A program made the position numbers and the translations under genes. Of a stretch of DNA of 64,000 nucleotides, positions 37,616 through 48,819 are shown piece by piece. Numbering within the stretch: position 1 is the stretch's first letter; each line of letters begins with the position of its first letter. Source of the DNA: Trichosphaerium sp. ATCC 40318 (Eukaryota; Protista; Tubulinea); contig JALMLS010000589.1 of the NCBI GenBank assembly GCA_038496445.1, forward strand, positions 178,938-242,937. The letters are read 5' to 3'. A model generated the notes under the pieces. The model was not told the DNA's origin and ran no database searches. It saw nothing but the letters and a program-made list of their open reading frames with translations.

Positions 37616-38519
37616 TTTTGTAAGCAGTTCACAATTTCAAAAAAAGTCTAGCACACCTCAAAAACGTTATTTTTGGCCAAATTTTGGGTATGCTCCAGAG
37701 CATATTTGTGTTTACAATTTAGTAGAACCAGAACTTGCTGGTAATTAATAGTGTACTTCAATCAACTATTTCATTGAATCTAAAAACGAGTTTTTTCTGC
37801 CTGGGATCATATTCTTCTCCTCTAACACCACCATGTTTTGCAGGTAATTCTTTTACAAAATAGTGATTAAGGATTACATTCTGTCGTTTCTTGCATTTTT
37901 TATCACTTTCAGTGTTCCACATAAAGCTATCATCACCTGTCTCTATACCTGATTGCTGTAAATTGGTCATTCTTTTGAACAATCATTCTAACCCACAGAT
38001 ATCTTTTTCAAATCTGTCCTTTTGGTGGCAGGTGCTTAATAAACCATTGTGTACCTATACCCAGTTATAAAGTATTTGATAATTTAGGTATCAAAACACG
38101 GAGGTTACTTTTTCATAGAAGTTGATGAACATAATATGTAAATGAAAATGTCAAAAAACTCACTCTTGCTTGGTACTTTATTGAATCAGAGGTCCACAAA
38201 GCTTGCTGTAGTTATGTTTTACCACTACAGAAGTGTTAGAGACAGATCTTACTTTTTACATGGGGAGATACTTCAGTACTTACCAAAACAATTTCTTTGA
38301 AACTATGCTGCTACAATTGTTTAACTATTGCTGAAAGTTATGCTGTATCATATACAGTGTGTACACCATTTAACCGCTTGTACACACTTGCCCTACATCG
38401 GTATTGGGGAATTCGATTTGACTACAATATTAACACAGCAAACCAACGTTTTAAGCGTTTTCTGAGTGGACACTTTACCTGTTTGACTAATTGTAGCTGA
38501 AATCTCGAATGTGACATTA

Positions 38520-39260
38520 CTGTCTGTATCATTCAAGTTTGCAACAGGTTTGGCAGAAGTATCAAAGTGTAAGATCTTGCAAGAACTAACAGATCTGTCA
38601 GATCTTGTCACTTTTGCTAGTTCTTGTAAGTTCTGGCAGATCTGTTAAAAACTTGAAGGTTCAGTGCAAGCAAATGCATCACATTCAACAACTCCAGTCT
38701 ATGTACCTTGCTTGCCGTGCTTATGTACCGTAAGGCAAGAAAAAAATACAATGTCAAAGTCATTCACCTAACAAGACTATTGCAGTATTTTGCGTAAGTG
38801 CTTGTAAATGCTACACTCACCAAAGAAGCGCCCAAAGGAGCCGAACAAGACCAAAAGGTACGAATTACTTGTTATCTTTTGCCTAACGTACTACGCTGCC
38901 ACGCGCTAGTGCTGACACAAGGGAAAAAACCGTAAAGATTAATTCCAAAAGCGCTCAAAGTATCTCTGGAGGTGATATTGTGGTACGGACGCCATGTAAT
39001 GTAATTGTAAAATAAAATAAATGTTGGTTTGGGTTTTTAAAATCACGTGGCCAGTGCAAATTCATGATTTTTCCGCCCAGCAAGCCTCCAATAACGTGAA
39101 TCACATTTCAAACATTGGGTCTGCTAGTTCTAGCAAAATTGTCAGTTCTGTAAGAACTAACAGAAGTTGCAAGATCTGTCAGATCTGACTAAACTCGAAA
39201 ATCAAAAGTCACAAACAGCAAAAAGTTGCAAAGATTAGCAAACTTGAATGATACGGACAA
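38520..39260. mobile_element. Non-autonomous TIR element, family B (Tc1/mariner-like by its TA flanks)
   Basis: 22-nt TIR TGTCTGTATCATTCAAGTTTGC (38521) / GCAAACTTGAATGATACGGACA (39238-39259) with one mismatch. TA at 38518-38519 and 39261-39262. Subterminal AGATCT/AGAACT repeats at both ends. Confidence 0.8.
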
Positions 39261-39444
39261 TATCTCTATTCGCATGTAAAGTAAATGTTTGATACATAAA
39301 CAAAGTCACAAGTAAGAGATGTGTCAGTGTTCAGTCAGAACTTTGTTTGGTTCGCTCTTAATTAAACAAAATGGGCAATTATTTGTATTGTACAACGTTA
39401 ACAGATTGACAATTTCCTTCATACAAAGCAATGATGTTAAAACA

Positions 39445-40691
39445 TTATTTGCCACCATAACCCCTTGAACCTGAAAGTAAAGCTATGCGTGCAGCACTAT
39501 CAACTTGATGTCTAGAAAAAAGTAAGATTAAGAAGGAGAAACGCCATGAGGTACCTTTGACATAGAGTCCCACCTACAGCTAACCCGACAATAAAGTTAG
39601 GGTCAGGTATTGGTGCAAATCCTGTTGGTGTGAAAGAGTTATCATTTATATTGTACAAGTAAGAGTTTCCCATTTCTGCTCCCCCACAAACAACGAGGAT
39701 TCGTCTACTGTCAAATACTGTGAACCCTTGCGTATTGTTAAATAACTCGTAGGTTTCTTTGGAAGTACCTTTAATAGTGGTACATGGAGAGCTGGTTGGT
39801 GATCCACTCATTTCACACGTGTCAGGCGGATTTACTGGCAATTCCATACGCTCGATCATGCCATTGTTTGCCATGTACGCTACCGGTCCAATGACAACGG
39901 CTAGATGTGATGTCAGCCAGAAAAGCTTTAGTTGAAATAATCTTACTTGTTGATGGTGTAGGAGGCCCTGTTACGATACCTGAACACACAGGAGTGGGTG
40001 CACAAGGTGATGCAAAAGAGTTAATTGCAACACTAAAGTCCAAAGTACCATACAAGGTACCCGTTATAGGATCAATATTCATGTTTGTGTTCGTCCCAAG
40101 CATTGCCATTTCATCGCAACTTTCCAGCTAAATCAAGTGTTAAACTGATGGTTTATTGAATCTAATAGTGACGTACAGGAACACATCCTTCAGGTCCAAA
40201 GGTTATTACCCTGCCATCTCTGGGTGAAAGATCATTCTCATAGCCTACCATCAGATTTCCATTCTGCAAATATGCTAAATCAGAAAAAAGTGAGTAGGGC
40301 TTTCTAAGCATCTGATGCTTCTTCTATTGCTAACTTGTAGACCACGTTGAAACCTGACTAAGAGGTAGCAAACGAGTGTTACACTAAACCCTCCTAGCGG
40401 CCTTAAACACAACAAAAGAAGCTTGCTTTATTTATGTGATGTACGTACTCATAGAGGCAATATTCTCGCTATCAATTGTACAAGCTATTAAAAGGTATGA
40501 GGTAGTAAAACCAAAGTATAGAAGAAAACAATTTAACACGTACAATCGCTTATAAGTGTTCCTGACTCTAGCTCAAATCGTTGAAATCTCCTACCTTGAC
40601 TATAGCCTACAACTGCAAGAGTTCTTTGAGCTCTTAGCACGTGGATAATAGATGAAAACAATAATATGAGGAGAAGTGGGTGACCATACAT
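39445..40691 (-). CDS. Secreted Cys-rich family member C
   Basis: MYGHPLLLILLFSSIIHVLRAQ, FQRFELESG, NTNMNIDPITGTLYGT, FTVFDSRRILVVCG, VDSAARIALLSGSRGYGGK*. Confidence 0.85.
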
Positions 40692-41139
40692 TGTTGTGGG
40701 CTTTTGAAAACTACAAAACTTGCTCACAATACACATTTTCATAAGTCAACTTGCCAAATTATTTGTGGCATTTTTCGCCATTAATGACGGTACAAATAGT
40801 ATTTTACCGGCGTGTGATAAGCGGGGTAGTTTGTTACTTAAGGTAGTTTCCAGTGTAACAACTTCGGTGAGTAGCAGTTATAGAAAAAGTTACAAACACT
40901 ATCGTGAATGTTCGAGTATGATTAAGGAGGTTCACGTTCACTTATTTTTTTTTGAGATTCCACGTGCTACGAGATATCTCGTTGCTTTTGAGAAGGTGAT
41001 ACGTGAATCTATCACCCACTTCTCTACAATCACGTAATTTACAACTCTAGCAAGTGTGCTTGAAGAATCATTAGAAATTACATCCTAGGATTGAGAAAGG
41101 ATAGGTGCTAACACTCACTTTAGTTTTTGCAAATGAAGG

Positions 41140-41375
41140 GCCTATAAAAAAAACAACTCAAAACCAGGTATGTATCATTGCAGTCGCTCCATCAAAGCTA
41201 TGAAAGAAAAGGCTTGGATAATTAAATAATAAATAACTACACGCGAATAGTATTTAGAAAACACCAAAGCTAGTCCTTCATTTAATATATCGAGACTCTA
41301 CGGGCTACGAGATATCTCGTGGCTTTCACGATGCCAGCTCTAGAAATATATGTTGTTAATCAGGATTCTACTTGC
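41140..41375. pseudogene. Microdeletion-riddled relic of 36800-37275 (member B exon 2 plus upstream element)
   Basis: AAAACCAGGTATGTATCATTGCAGTCGCTCCATCAAAGCTATGAAAGAAAA is 36822-36887 with several small deletions, followed by the 85-nt element. Confidence 0.65.
41262..41343. promoter_or_regulatory. ~85-nt conserved intergenic element with a palindromic core (copies at 37188-37269, 41262-41343 and inverted at 49812-49887)
   Basis: ACCAAAGCTAGTCCTTCATTTAATATATCGAGACTCTrCGGGCTACGAGATATCTCGTGGCTTTCACGATGCCAGCTCTAG. Each copy lies 5' of genes. A regulatory role is inferred, not shown. Confidence 0.45.
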
Positions 41376-41537
41376 AAGCTTCAAGGTGGTAAATAATCTA
41401 GAACCTTTAACTACCTACTGTTATTGAATAAGCGAGATTTGATGCAAATGTGCATTATGTGACAGATAGCTCCTGAAAGATTGAATGAAAATGTGCATTG
41501 CTGCTAAGATTGTATCAGCACAAAAATCCCAATAACA

Positions 41538-42771
41538 ATGTATCTCCGGCCGCTTCTCCTTTGTTTCTTGCTTTCTTCTATTGTATTAATATCAAGAGCT
41601 CAAATTGGACGCCTTGCAGCTGTAGGATACAGTGGCGGAACGTTTCAACGTTTTGCGTTAGAGTCTGGTATCTTAATTGGCGGTTGTACGTTCGTTCTTT
41701 ATTTATCTATCATCTCATGCCTTTAATAGCATGCTCACTTGGTAATAATGTGGCGATTGCTTCAATGAGTACATAAAGCACAAAAACAGCTAGTTTTGAG
41801 TGAGCAAGCCCTTTTTATGCATTCACGTTAGGCTTAGCAAAAACAATCTGATTTTTGTTGTGAAACATTTCGGAAACACGTTTTTACGTTTACGCTAAAA
41901 CTCGCCGCAACTAACAATTTTAGCTTATTTACCAGATGGAAATCTCGCTGTAGCTGTTGAGCGTGAGGTTGACAGAAATGGCATGGTACTAACATACGGC
42001 CCCGAAGGTTGTGTTCCCGTACGTGGTGTTTGTCAGTTAATAAATACTTTCAAGAAAACTTTTAATAACACGTGATTGTTCTAGATTGAAACATGTGATG
42101 AAACAAATATGGCTGGGACAAATACAAACATGAATATTGATCCTATAACGGGTACCTTGTATGGTACTTTAGATAACAGTGTTGCAGTTAATTCTTTTGC
42201 ATCACCTTGTGCACCCACTCCTGTGTGTTCGAGTATTGTAACTGGACCTCCTACACCAGCAACAAGTAAGATTATCTACAAAGCAAACATTCTTACCACC
42301 TCCAGCTATTGTCATTGGCTCAACGATATACGTGGCAAGCATATTCGAAGGTATTGAGCGTATGGACTTGCCAGCAAGCCCACCTGATACATGTTCAATG
42401 GTTGGGGCCACAATCACACCACCATGTGGAAGAGTTTTAGGTACACACATTAAGAATATGCAGTTGTTTATAAAAGCAGGTTTCACTGTGTTTGACAGCA
42501 CACGCATTCTTGTTGTTTGTGCGGAAGCAGGCTCTTACTTTTTGAACACAAATACACAACGCTTCACGCCAACAGGCTTTGTAGCAATACCAACTGCATT
42601 CGATATAGTTGGATTAGCTGTAGGCGGAGATTTATGTCAAAGGTACTTCAATAGCTTCTTTTTACTTAGTTGTTTGATTTCCGTTCTTACTTGTTTTTTA
42701 GAAGTGCCTTTGATAGTGATATGCGTAAAGCTCTACTTTCAGGTTCGAGTGGTTATGGTGGCGGTAAATAA
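41538..42771 (+). CDS. Secreted Cys-rich family member D
   Basis: MYLRPLLLCFLLSSIVLISRAQ, same 7-exon structure, ends FDSDMRKALLSGSSGYGGGK*. Confidence 0.85.
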
Positions 42772-43016
42772 TATCTCGATCACTGATGTACAGGTTAATA
42801 TACCTTAGCACTACAAGTACTTTTCTTCTTTGTTCCAGCTAGTTGTGTTAATTGAGCATGTGAAAGTCAGTTTTGTTTGGCAAAGTAGTAAGGTTATCTT
42901 TGAAGCCGGCTGTAAAAAAAACCTAAAATCCAAAAATCATTCCCAAAATATCGTTTTTCTTCTTGTAGAAAAACCACGTGGTTCCCTGGTCAATCACAGT
43001 TGTGCCGGCGAAAGTA

Positions 43017-43496
43017 TGTGGTTGTTTTCGAATAACAGATGAAGGTGTTAAACCCCTAGCTGGTGTTCATACAATTAGTCTATCATATACAAAAGTTACA
43101 GATACTGGTATTAAGGCTTTGGGTGGTGTTCACACTATTCGTCTCTGGTATTGCAATGTGACAGATGGTAGTATTAAATCACTGGCAGGCGTTCATACAA
43201 TTGACTTAAGTGATTGTACTAAGATAACAGATGATGGAATTAAAGTATTAGCTGGAGTTTACTCAATTAACTTGAAAGGCTGTACCCTTGTAACAGACAA
43301 AGGGGTTAAAGCTTTAGCTGGTGTTCATGAGATAGACGTGTCCTACTGTAATAATATTACAGATGATGGCATAAAGGCACTGGCGGGTGTATATGCAATC
43401 AATATAACGAGTTGTATGCTTGTTACAAAAAAAGGCATCAAGGCTTTAGGTGATGCACGAATAGTACGAAATTTGGGCGATTTATTAAACTACTAA
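43017..43496 (+). pseudogene. Headless LRR array (six to seven 21-22-aa Cys-containing modules), no F-box or clear ATG
   Basis: AGVHTISLSYTKVTDTGIKAL..AGVHTIDLSDCTKITDDGIKVL.. with the frame open to TAA and AATAAA after it. It could be a 3' exon. Confidence 0.6.
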
Positions 43497-43679
43497 CAAA
43501 AATAAAAGCAGTGTTACATGAATTTAAGTGTTTGTTGCGCACAGTATGTTAATTCACACGAGTACTAACCATACACTTTGCTGTGTCTTGAACTAAACCC
43601 TTGAATACCATTGGTGTAAAGAAATTGAACAACTTTAAAAACGAGAACCGGTGATTTGTTTCAAATTTAGGGATTGTAT

Positions 43680-43963
43680 TAATGCCCTTCCGTATCTCCA
43701 AAATGGTTTATTTTGTGCGGTACTGGCAACTGGTCACTCACAAATCCAAATCTTGACGGTTTACTTTGGCGGCCAAAAAAAGCGATATTTGTCACGTGTT
43801 CGTAAAACACAATATAAACCTACCGGCAGCTCAGCGATCTTTTTACTCATGAATATGTAAGGAAGTGGTCTTGACCGCCTTTTGACATAGCTGTAAGCTA
43901 GACTTCCTAAATACTGGCTGTATTTGAATATTCATAGTATTCATGAGTAACGGAAGGGCATTA
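43680..43963. mobile_element. Short diverged member of TIR family A
   Basis: 14-nt perfect TIR TAATGCCCTTCCGT / ACGGAAGGGCATTA. The right subterminal GGCTGTATTTGAATATTCA is shared with 31019-31037. TSD is only partial (GATTGTAT / TTGTGTAT). Confidence 0.75.
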
Positions 43964-44241
43964 TTGTGTATTCAGGAGAGGCGCAAGATATTGTGACTAA
44001 AACGTGGCAGAAAGTGAGTAGAGCTTTGATAAGAATAACAGATTGTATATTTGGAAGTATAGTCAAGAACTCACAAGATCGAATTCTAAGTTGTCCGATG
44101 GCTTTGTCTTGAATGTCTTACATGTATCAGATGCAATACCGGTTATTGATATTAGTACTACACTAACTACAAGTCACGAGAATCTAACAGGAAACTTGTT
44201 GACCTTTAAGATTTATTGTTTTAAAAAACGTTGTACGCAAT

Positions 44242-45417
44242 ATGAGCGATAGTAATACAAGTGAATCTTCCTTAAACGAACGCAAACAAGACTCAACATT
44301 GCTTTGTTTACCACTAGAGATCCAACATATGATTTTAAACACAGATTATCACGCTTTTATCAATTGGCCTCTTCTTTGTTTTCAAGCGGCAGAAACGAGC
44401 AGGTTTAACGCAAATATGGACAAACACGGAACGTTTAGAAAATTCATGGCCGATGGAGCGAAACGCGTTGAAACCAAGTTCAAAAATGGTACCACAGCTG
44501 GTCGGGAGCGTAAATGGCACCCAAACGGCCAATTAGCGGTCGAACGGTACAACAGACATGGTAAAAGAAGAAACAAAGGCTATCTCTATCACTACCGTAA
44601 ATGGTATCCATCTGGAGCTAAATACAAGGAAGGGTTTTATAAACAGGGCGTAAAACATGGCAGATTCTCGGTTTTTCAAGCAAATGGTTCATTGAGAACA
44701 ACAGGAGTTTACAACAAAGGTAGAAAGAATGGTGAATTTTTGACTTACTCAGTGCGTGATGGACAGATTCTAGAGTCTTGCTTTTACAAACAAGGTCAAA
44801 AAGACGGGTTATTGACCGTTTATAGCCAAGAATTCATTGATAGTTATCAAATGAAGGAAGGAAGGATTTGTGGAGAGTGCAAGAAATTTAGAAAAAAAAC
44901 CAATCAACTTGTTGTCCATTGTTTTGCGATGAACACAGGTTGTTGCCATGAAAATGTCCATAGATTTCAACTATACCATGGAGAGTATAAGAAATATGAT
45001 GATTCAGGTAATCTAAGAAAGCATTGTTGGTTTAACAAGGGTGAGCCTGAAGGAGACTATATTTTATACAGGTATGGCTTAATGAAAGTCAAGTATTCCT
45101 ACAAGTGTTTTGTTGATACACCTGGTTATATACCACGTGCAAAAAATCATCGTAAACCATACTATAATAGGACTACTAGTGTTAGACATGGCGAGTATAA
45201 GCTTTGGTATGAAAATGGTCAACTTCAAGAACACTGCTTTTTTAAAGACAGATTAAAGCATGGAGAGTATAAAGTTTGGTATCGTAATGGGCAGTTACAA
45301 ATCCATTGTTTCTATGTTAAAGGTATAGAAAAAGGTGAATATAAAAGTTGGAACGTGGATGGTGTATTAGATCAACATAGGCTTTCTTTGAACTTGGAAA
45401 ATGTAACAAAAAGGTAA
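44242..45417 (+). CDS. F-box-like + MORN-variant (YwqK-type) repeat protein, intronless, 391 aa
   Basis: LLCLPLEIQHMIL..WPLL and repeats such as HGEYKLWYENGQLQEHCFFKD and HGEYKVWYRNGQLQIHCFYVKG. Confidence 0.88.
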   Translation: MSDSNTSESSLNERKQDSTLLCLPLEIQHMILNTDYHAFINWPLLCFQAAETSRFNANMDKHGTFRKFMADGAKRVETKFKNGTTAGRERKWHPNGQLAVERYNRHGKRRNKGYLYHYRKWYPSGAKYKEGFYKQGVKHGRFSVFQANGSLRTTGVYNKGRKNGEFLTYSVRDGQILESCFYKQGQKDGLLTVYSQEFIDSYQMKEGRICGECKKFRKKTNQLVVHCFAMNTGCCHENVHRFQLYHGEYKKYDDSGNLRKHCWFNKGEPEGDYILYRYGLMKVKYSYKCFVDTPGYIPRAKNHRKPYYNRTTSVRHGEYKLWYENGQLQEHCFFKDRLKHGEYKVWYRNGQLQIHCFYVKGIEKGEYKSWNVDGVLDQHRLSLNLENVTKR

Positions 45418-46486
45418 ATTTTGTTATGGAAAGCAAGAACTGACGTTTTATCCCACGTGCAGAGCCATTATAGAATCTTGTATCAAATAGTACATTACCT
45501 TGTGTTTTGTTGTACATGTTGTGCTTAGTTTTAGTCAATGGTAAAAGTAAGGATTACCTTAAATCAACACGTGAAGAGGTAAAAGAAAAATTGTCGTGGC
45601 CTTGGAGTTGGAACATCGATTTCAAACTTCGCATTAATTATCCAAGAAAAAAATACTTCTCATCAAGATGTAGTAGCCAGCTAAAACACCTAACCGGTTA
45701 TAGCTGTCAAACTTATTAGGTGGAGTGTGACTTGTCGCAAATCATTGAAACAGTTTTCTTGGAACGTTTGGAGTGTATCTCTGAAGGTTTACCAAATAGA
45801 GTAAGTCAACCTTTAACACTCGAGTCTCGTACTTCCTTGTTTGTGTTTTGGGAATTGAGAGCCAAAGGTTGCCTCACGTGTTGATTTGTAGCTGTTACAA
45901 TGGTTTGTGAGTAATTAAAGAGAGCTTGATCAAAGTTTTTGCCTGTACTTGGTTTATTAATTGTTGTTCTCCTCTAATTTCATTGTATACTTCCGCATTG
46001 GTGTTGGAGAAATATCTTAGCACGTGCTCAAGTGAAACACCTGAGAGATTCAGTTATTGGAAAGGTGGCTTACTTGTATAAGCATGGATGGAGAAATATT
46101 GCCTATTCAGCTGAGGATTTTCTGTATCCTGAGTTACTCGTTCATTAAACGCGATAAAACAAAAGAATAAAATAAGAAACGACGTTCCACAATAAGTTAA
46201 ACTAAACAGAATCTAGCTTTAGTTATGTGGCCTGCTCTAAAGCTATTATTTTTGTACCTTCTCCAGACTACTAAATATAAAGGTATCAATGCAAATATAA
46301 CCAATTTATCTAACTGCGTAAACGCTGGCTCAGTCGTGAAAATAACAGTGCAAAAAAAAAAAACAGTTCAAGTCTGTCAGAAATCTGCTTGTGTAATCTC
46401 CTCTGAGTTACATCTCTTAATTGACGTTGTAGTAGCCATTCCTGATGGTCAGTCAGGTGAGTGTTATTCTATGCACTGGTTGACAC

Positions 46487-46720
46487 CCTCAACAAAATAG
46501 AATTCAGCAAAAAAAAGTAGAATAAAAACACAACATGGCTGTTGACTATCACGGGATGTAGCTTTACACCACGTGATTAATGTAGGATAGGTTAAATTAG
46601 ATAGTGTTTGATGACCAATAATTAAGAAACTTGCCGGCACGTTATAGTCAACAAAAATGTTGTGTTTTTTCACATTCTGTCTACTTTTTTTTTTTGTGCT
46701 AATTTCTATTTTTGTTGAGG
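46487..46720. mobile_element. Foldback/MITE-like element ending 18 nt upstream of the Ras ATG
   Basis: Arms of ~70-85 nt: CCTCAACAAAATAGAATTCAGC..AAAAACACAACAT..GTTGACTAT versus the reverse complement of 46641-46720. CAC flanks both sides (46484-46486 and 46721-46723). Confidence 0.65.
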
Positions 46721-46738
46721 CACCACAAGAGCCACAAA

Positions 46739-47510
46739 ATGATGGCTATACATAAAATAGTAGTACTAGGAGAAGGCGGAGTTGGAAAATCGTCAGTTAT
46801 CTTACAATTAGTAACAAGCAAGTTTGTTCAAGACTGCGACCCCACATTAGAAGACTCGTACGCGTTTTAAATCGTTTTACGCAAATTATAGCGTATTTGA
46901 TTGTATTTGGCCAAAAGAAAGCTAAAACCTCTCTCAGGTACCGCCACATGTGTGTTATTGATGAACAACCTGTTATGTTGGATATTCTAGACGCAACAGG
47001 CAGAGGCGAGTTTTCTGCACTTCGTGATCAAGTACGTACACAAACTGTATTTGGGAAGTATCGTTCTAAAACATATGTGGCTAGTGGATATCTGAAGCCG
47101 AAGGATTCTTGATTATTTATTCTATCACAAGCCGTGAGTCATTTGAGCAGGCACCACAGTTTTTAAATAAGGTCTTAAGGTAAGAGGAAGCACGTGAGCA
47201 ACGACAAAAGTTCCTTTTTTTTTTGTTGATTGAAACATAAAAAAGTTATTTTCAAAGAATTGAACAGTACTCAACGTCTTACTTGTTTTTTTCAAGGTTG
47301 AAAGATGTAGAATCAATTCCTGCTGTATTAGTAGGTAATAAAGCTGATTTAAGCGAAACAGATAGAAAAGTTGGTGAAGACAAAGGACAAGAACTAGCAA
47401 AAAAATACGGCATACCTTTTTTTGAGACTTCAGCTAAAACACGTGTCAATGTTGTAGAAGCGTTTTATGAACTTGTGAGAGAGATACGAACTAGAAATGT
47501 ATCTAAATAA
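46739..47510 (+). CDS. Atypical Ras-family GTPase, 4 exons, no CAAX
   Basis: [55 protein letters not shown]. Ends RTRNVSK*. Confidence 0.92.
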
Positions 47511-48065
47511 AAATAAACGGTTGTGAGTGATCACAACCTGCAATTGTAAGAGTGATAGCAATGGTACCAAAACGACTCACCAGAGCTTAGCCAAATCACT
47601 GCAAAACCTGCGCTAACTCAGACACAAATATCGTGTATTTGCCAGAATCCAGACTGTTTACTGATGCCAACTAGTACCATTTTTTCCACCATTGCTACTA
47701 CTACAACAAGCTAATCAGTAAATCACTAGTTGGCCTATCAATAGTTTTAGTCAAACTTGATTTATCAAACAACAACCCACAGTATAGAATGACAACGACG
47801 GAATGTCAATGTCCACTGTTGTACCTCTATCGAGTTACAGCTTGACATCACAGACTTGAGCTGTTAAGTATACAATGGGACAAAAGTATACCCATGATAT
47901 TCAGCGGCGATTTCAGGTCAGCACCACTAACTTCTATTTGTAAAAAGAAAACTACGGCTAAATAAACGCATGAAAAACTTGATTGCCAACAAGTTTAGGA
48001 GCACCAAGAGTACACTGCAAGCTTTGACGTGAAACCAGTCCAATTTTTTTTATTTTGTATTTCGT

Positions 48066-48527
48066 TCATTTCAAAGGTACATGCAGATGGCGTCGCGCTG
48101 AATCACTTCTTTGCATGATACTTTTAATCTTCCATTTGGAATCCTTACCATCACGTGTCAAATCGAAAAAAGCTAAAACTTGGAACCCAGTCACAGAAAT
48201 ACCTGAGATATCAACGTCTGTGCCATAAAATGTCACGTTTTCTTTTTTTGTAGGATAATCAGTTTGCCACCTTGCAGCAACCGTCGTGCTGTCTTCTACC
48301 TCATTCCCTTTACATATAGACTGTATCCTGACCTGATTTGGTGAGTTTGTGTCTACTATACTCTGCCACCCCAAAAAGGTCTGCACTAGGGACTCTGTAT
48401 CATGTCTTTGCGATTCGTTGGAGAATTGAAACGATTCGTGAAGAAGAGGTAAAAGATGTTCAGCTTTGAACTTATGAAGGTTTCCATGAGTGTTTTGAAT
48501 ATACTGGCGCACAATTTGTTCCACCAT
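48066..48527 (-). CDS. Hypothetical protein, possibly NTF2/SnoaL-like fold; start uncertain
   Basis: Open frame VEQIVRQYI..LLHESFQF..TVAARWQ..ISVTGFQVLAFFDL..KWKIKSIMQRSD has a SnoaL-like pattern. Confidence 0.45.
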   Translation of the reverse strand: MVEQIVRQYIQNTHGNLHKFKAEHLLPLLHESFQFSNESQRHDTESLVQTFLGWQSIVDTNSPNQVRIQSICKGNEVEDSTTVAARWQTDYPTKKENVTFYGTDVDISGISVTGFQVLAFFDLTRDGKDSKWKIKSIMQRSDSARRHLHVPLK

Positions 48528-48819
48528 ATGAACAGGACAGTAATTGACAATTTCAGAATTTGCCTGCCAAAGATTGCAGAATTTACCCACATTGCCATCC
48601 TGGCGCTACAACAGAAATGGAACGCAAGTTGCTACACCAACTGGAATGGAATGTGTATATAGGCACGTTTAAGAAACCTCTATTTCGGTTACATCAAAAA
48701 CACTCCATTTGGGAGGATGACTATGCCTGGGACTCTAGCGCAGCCCTTATGTTGTTCTTTACTAGCTGTTTTGTCATAAAATATTTTATTTATAGTTACA
48801 TTACATAACAGGTTCTCCT

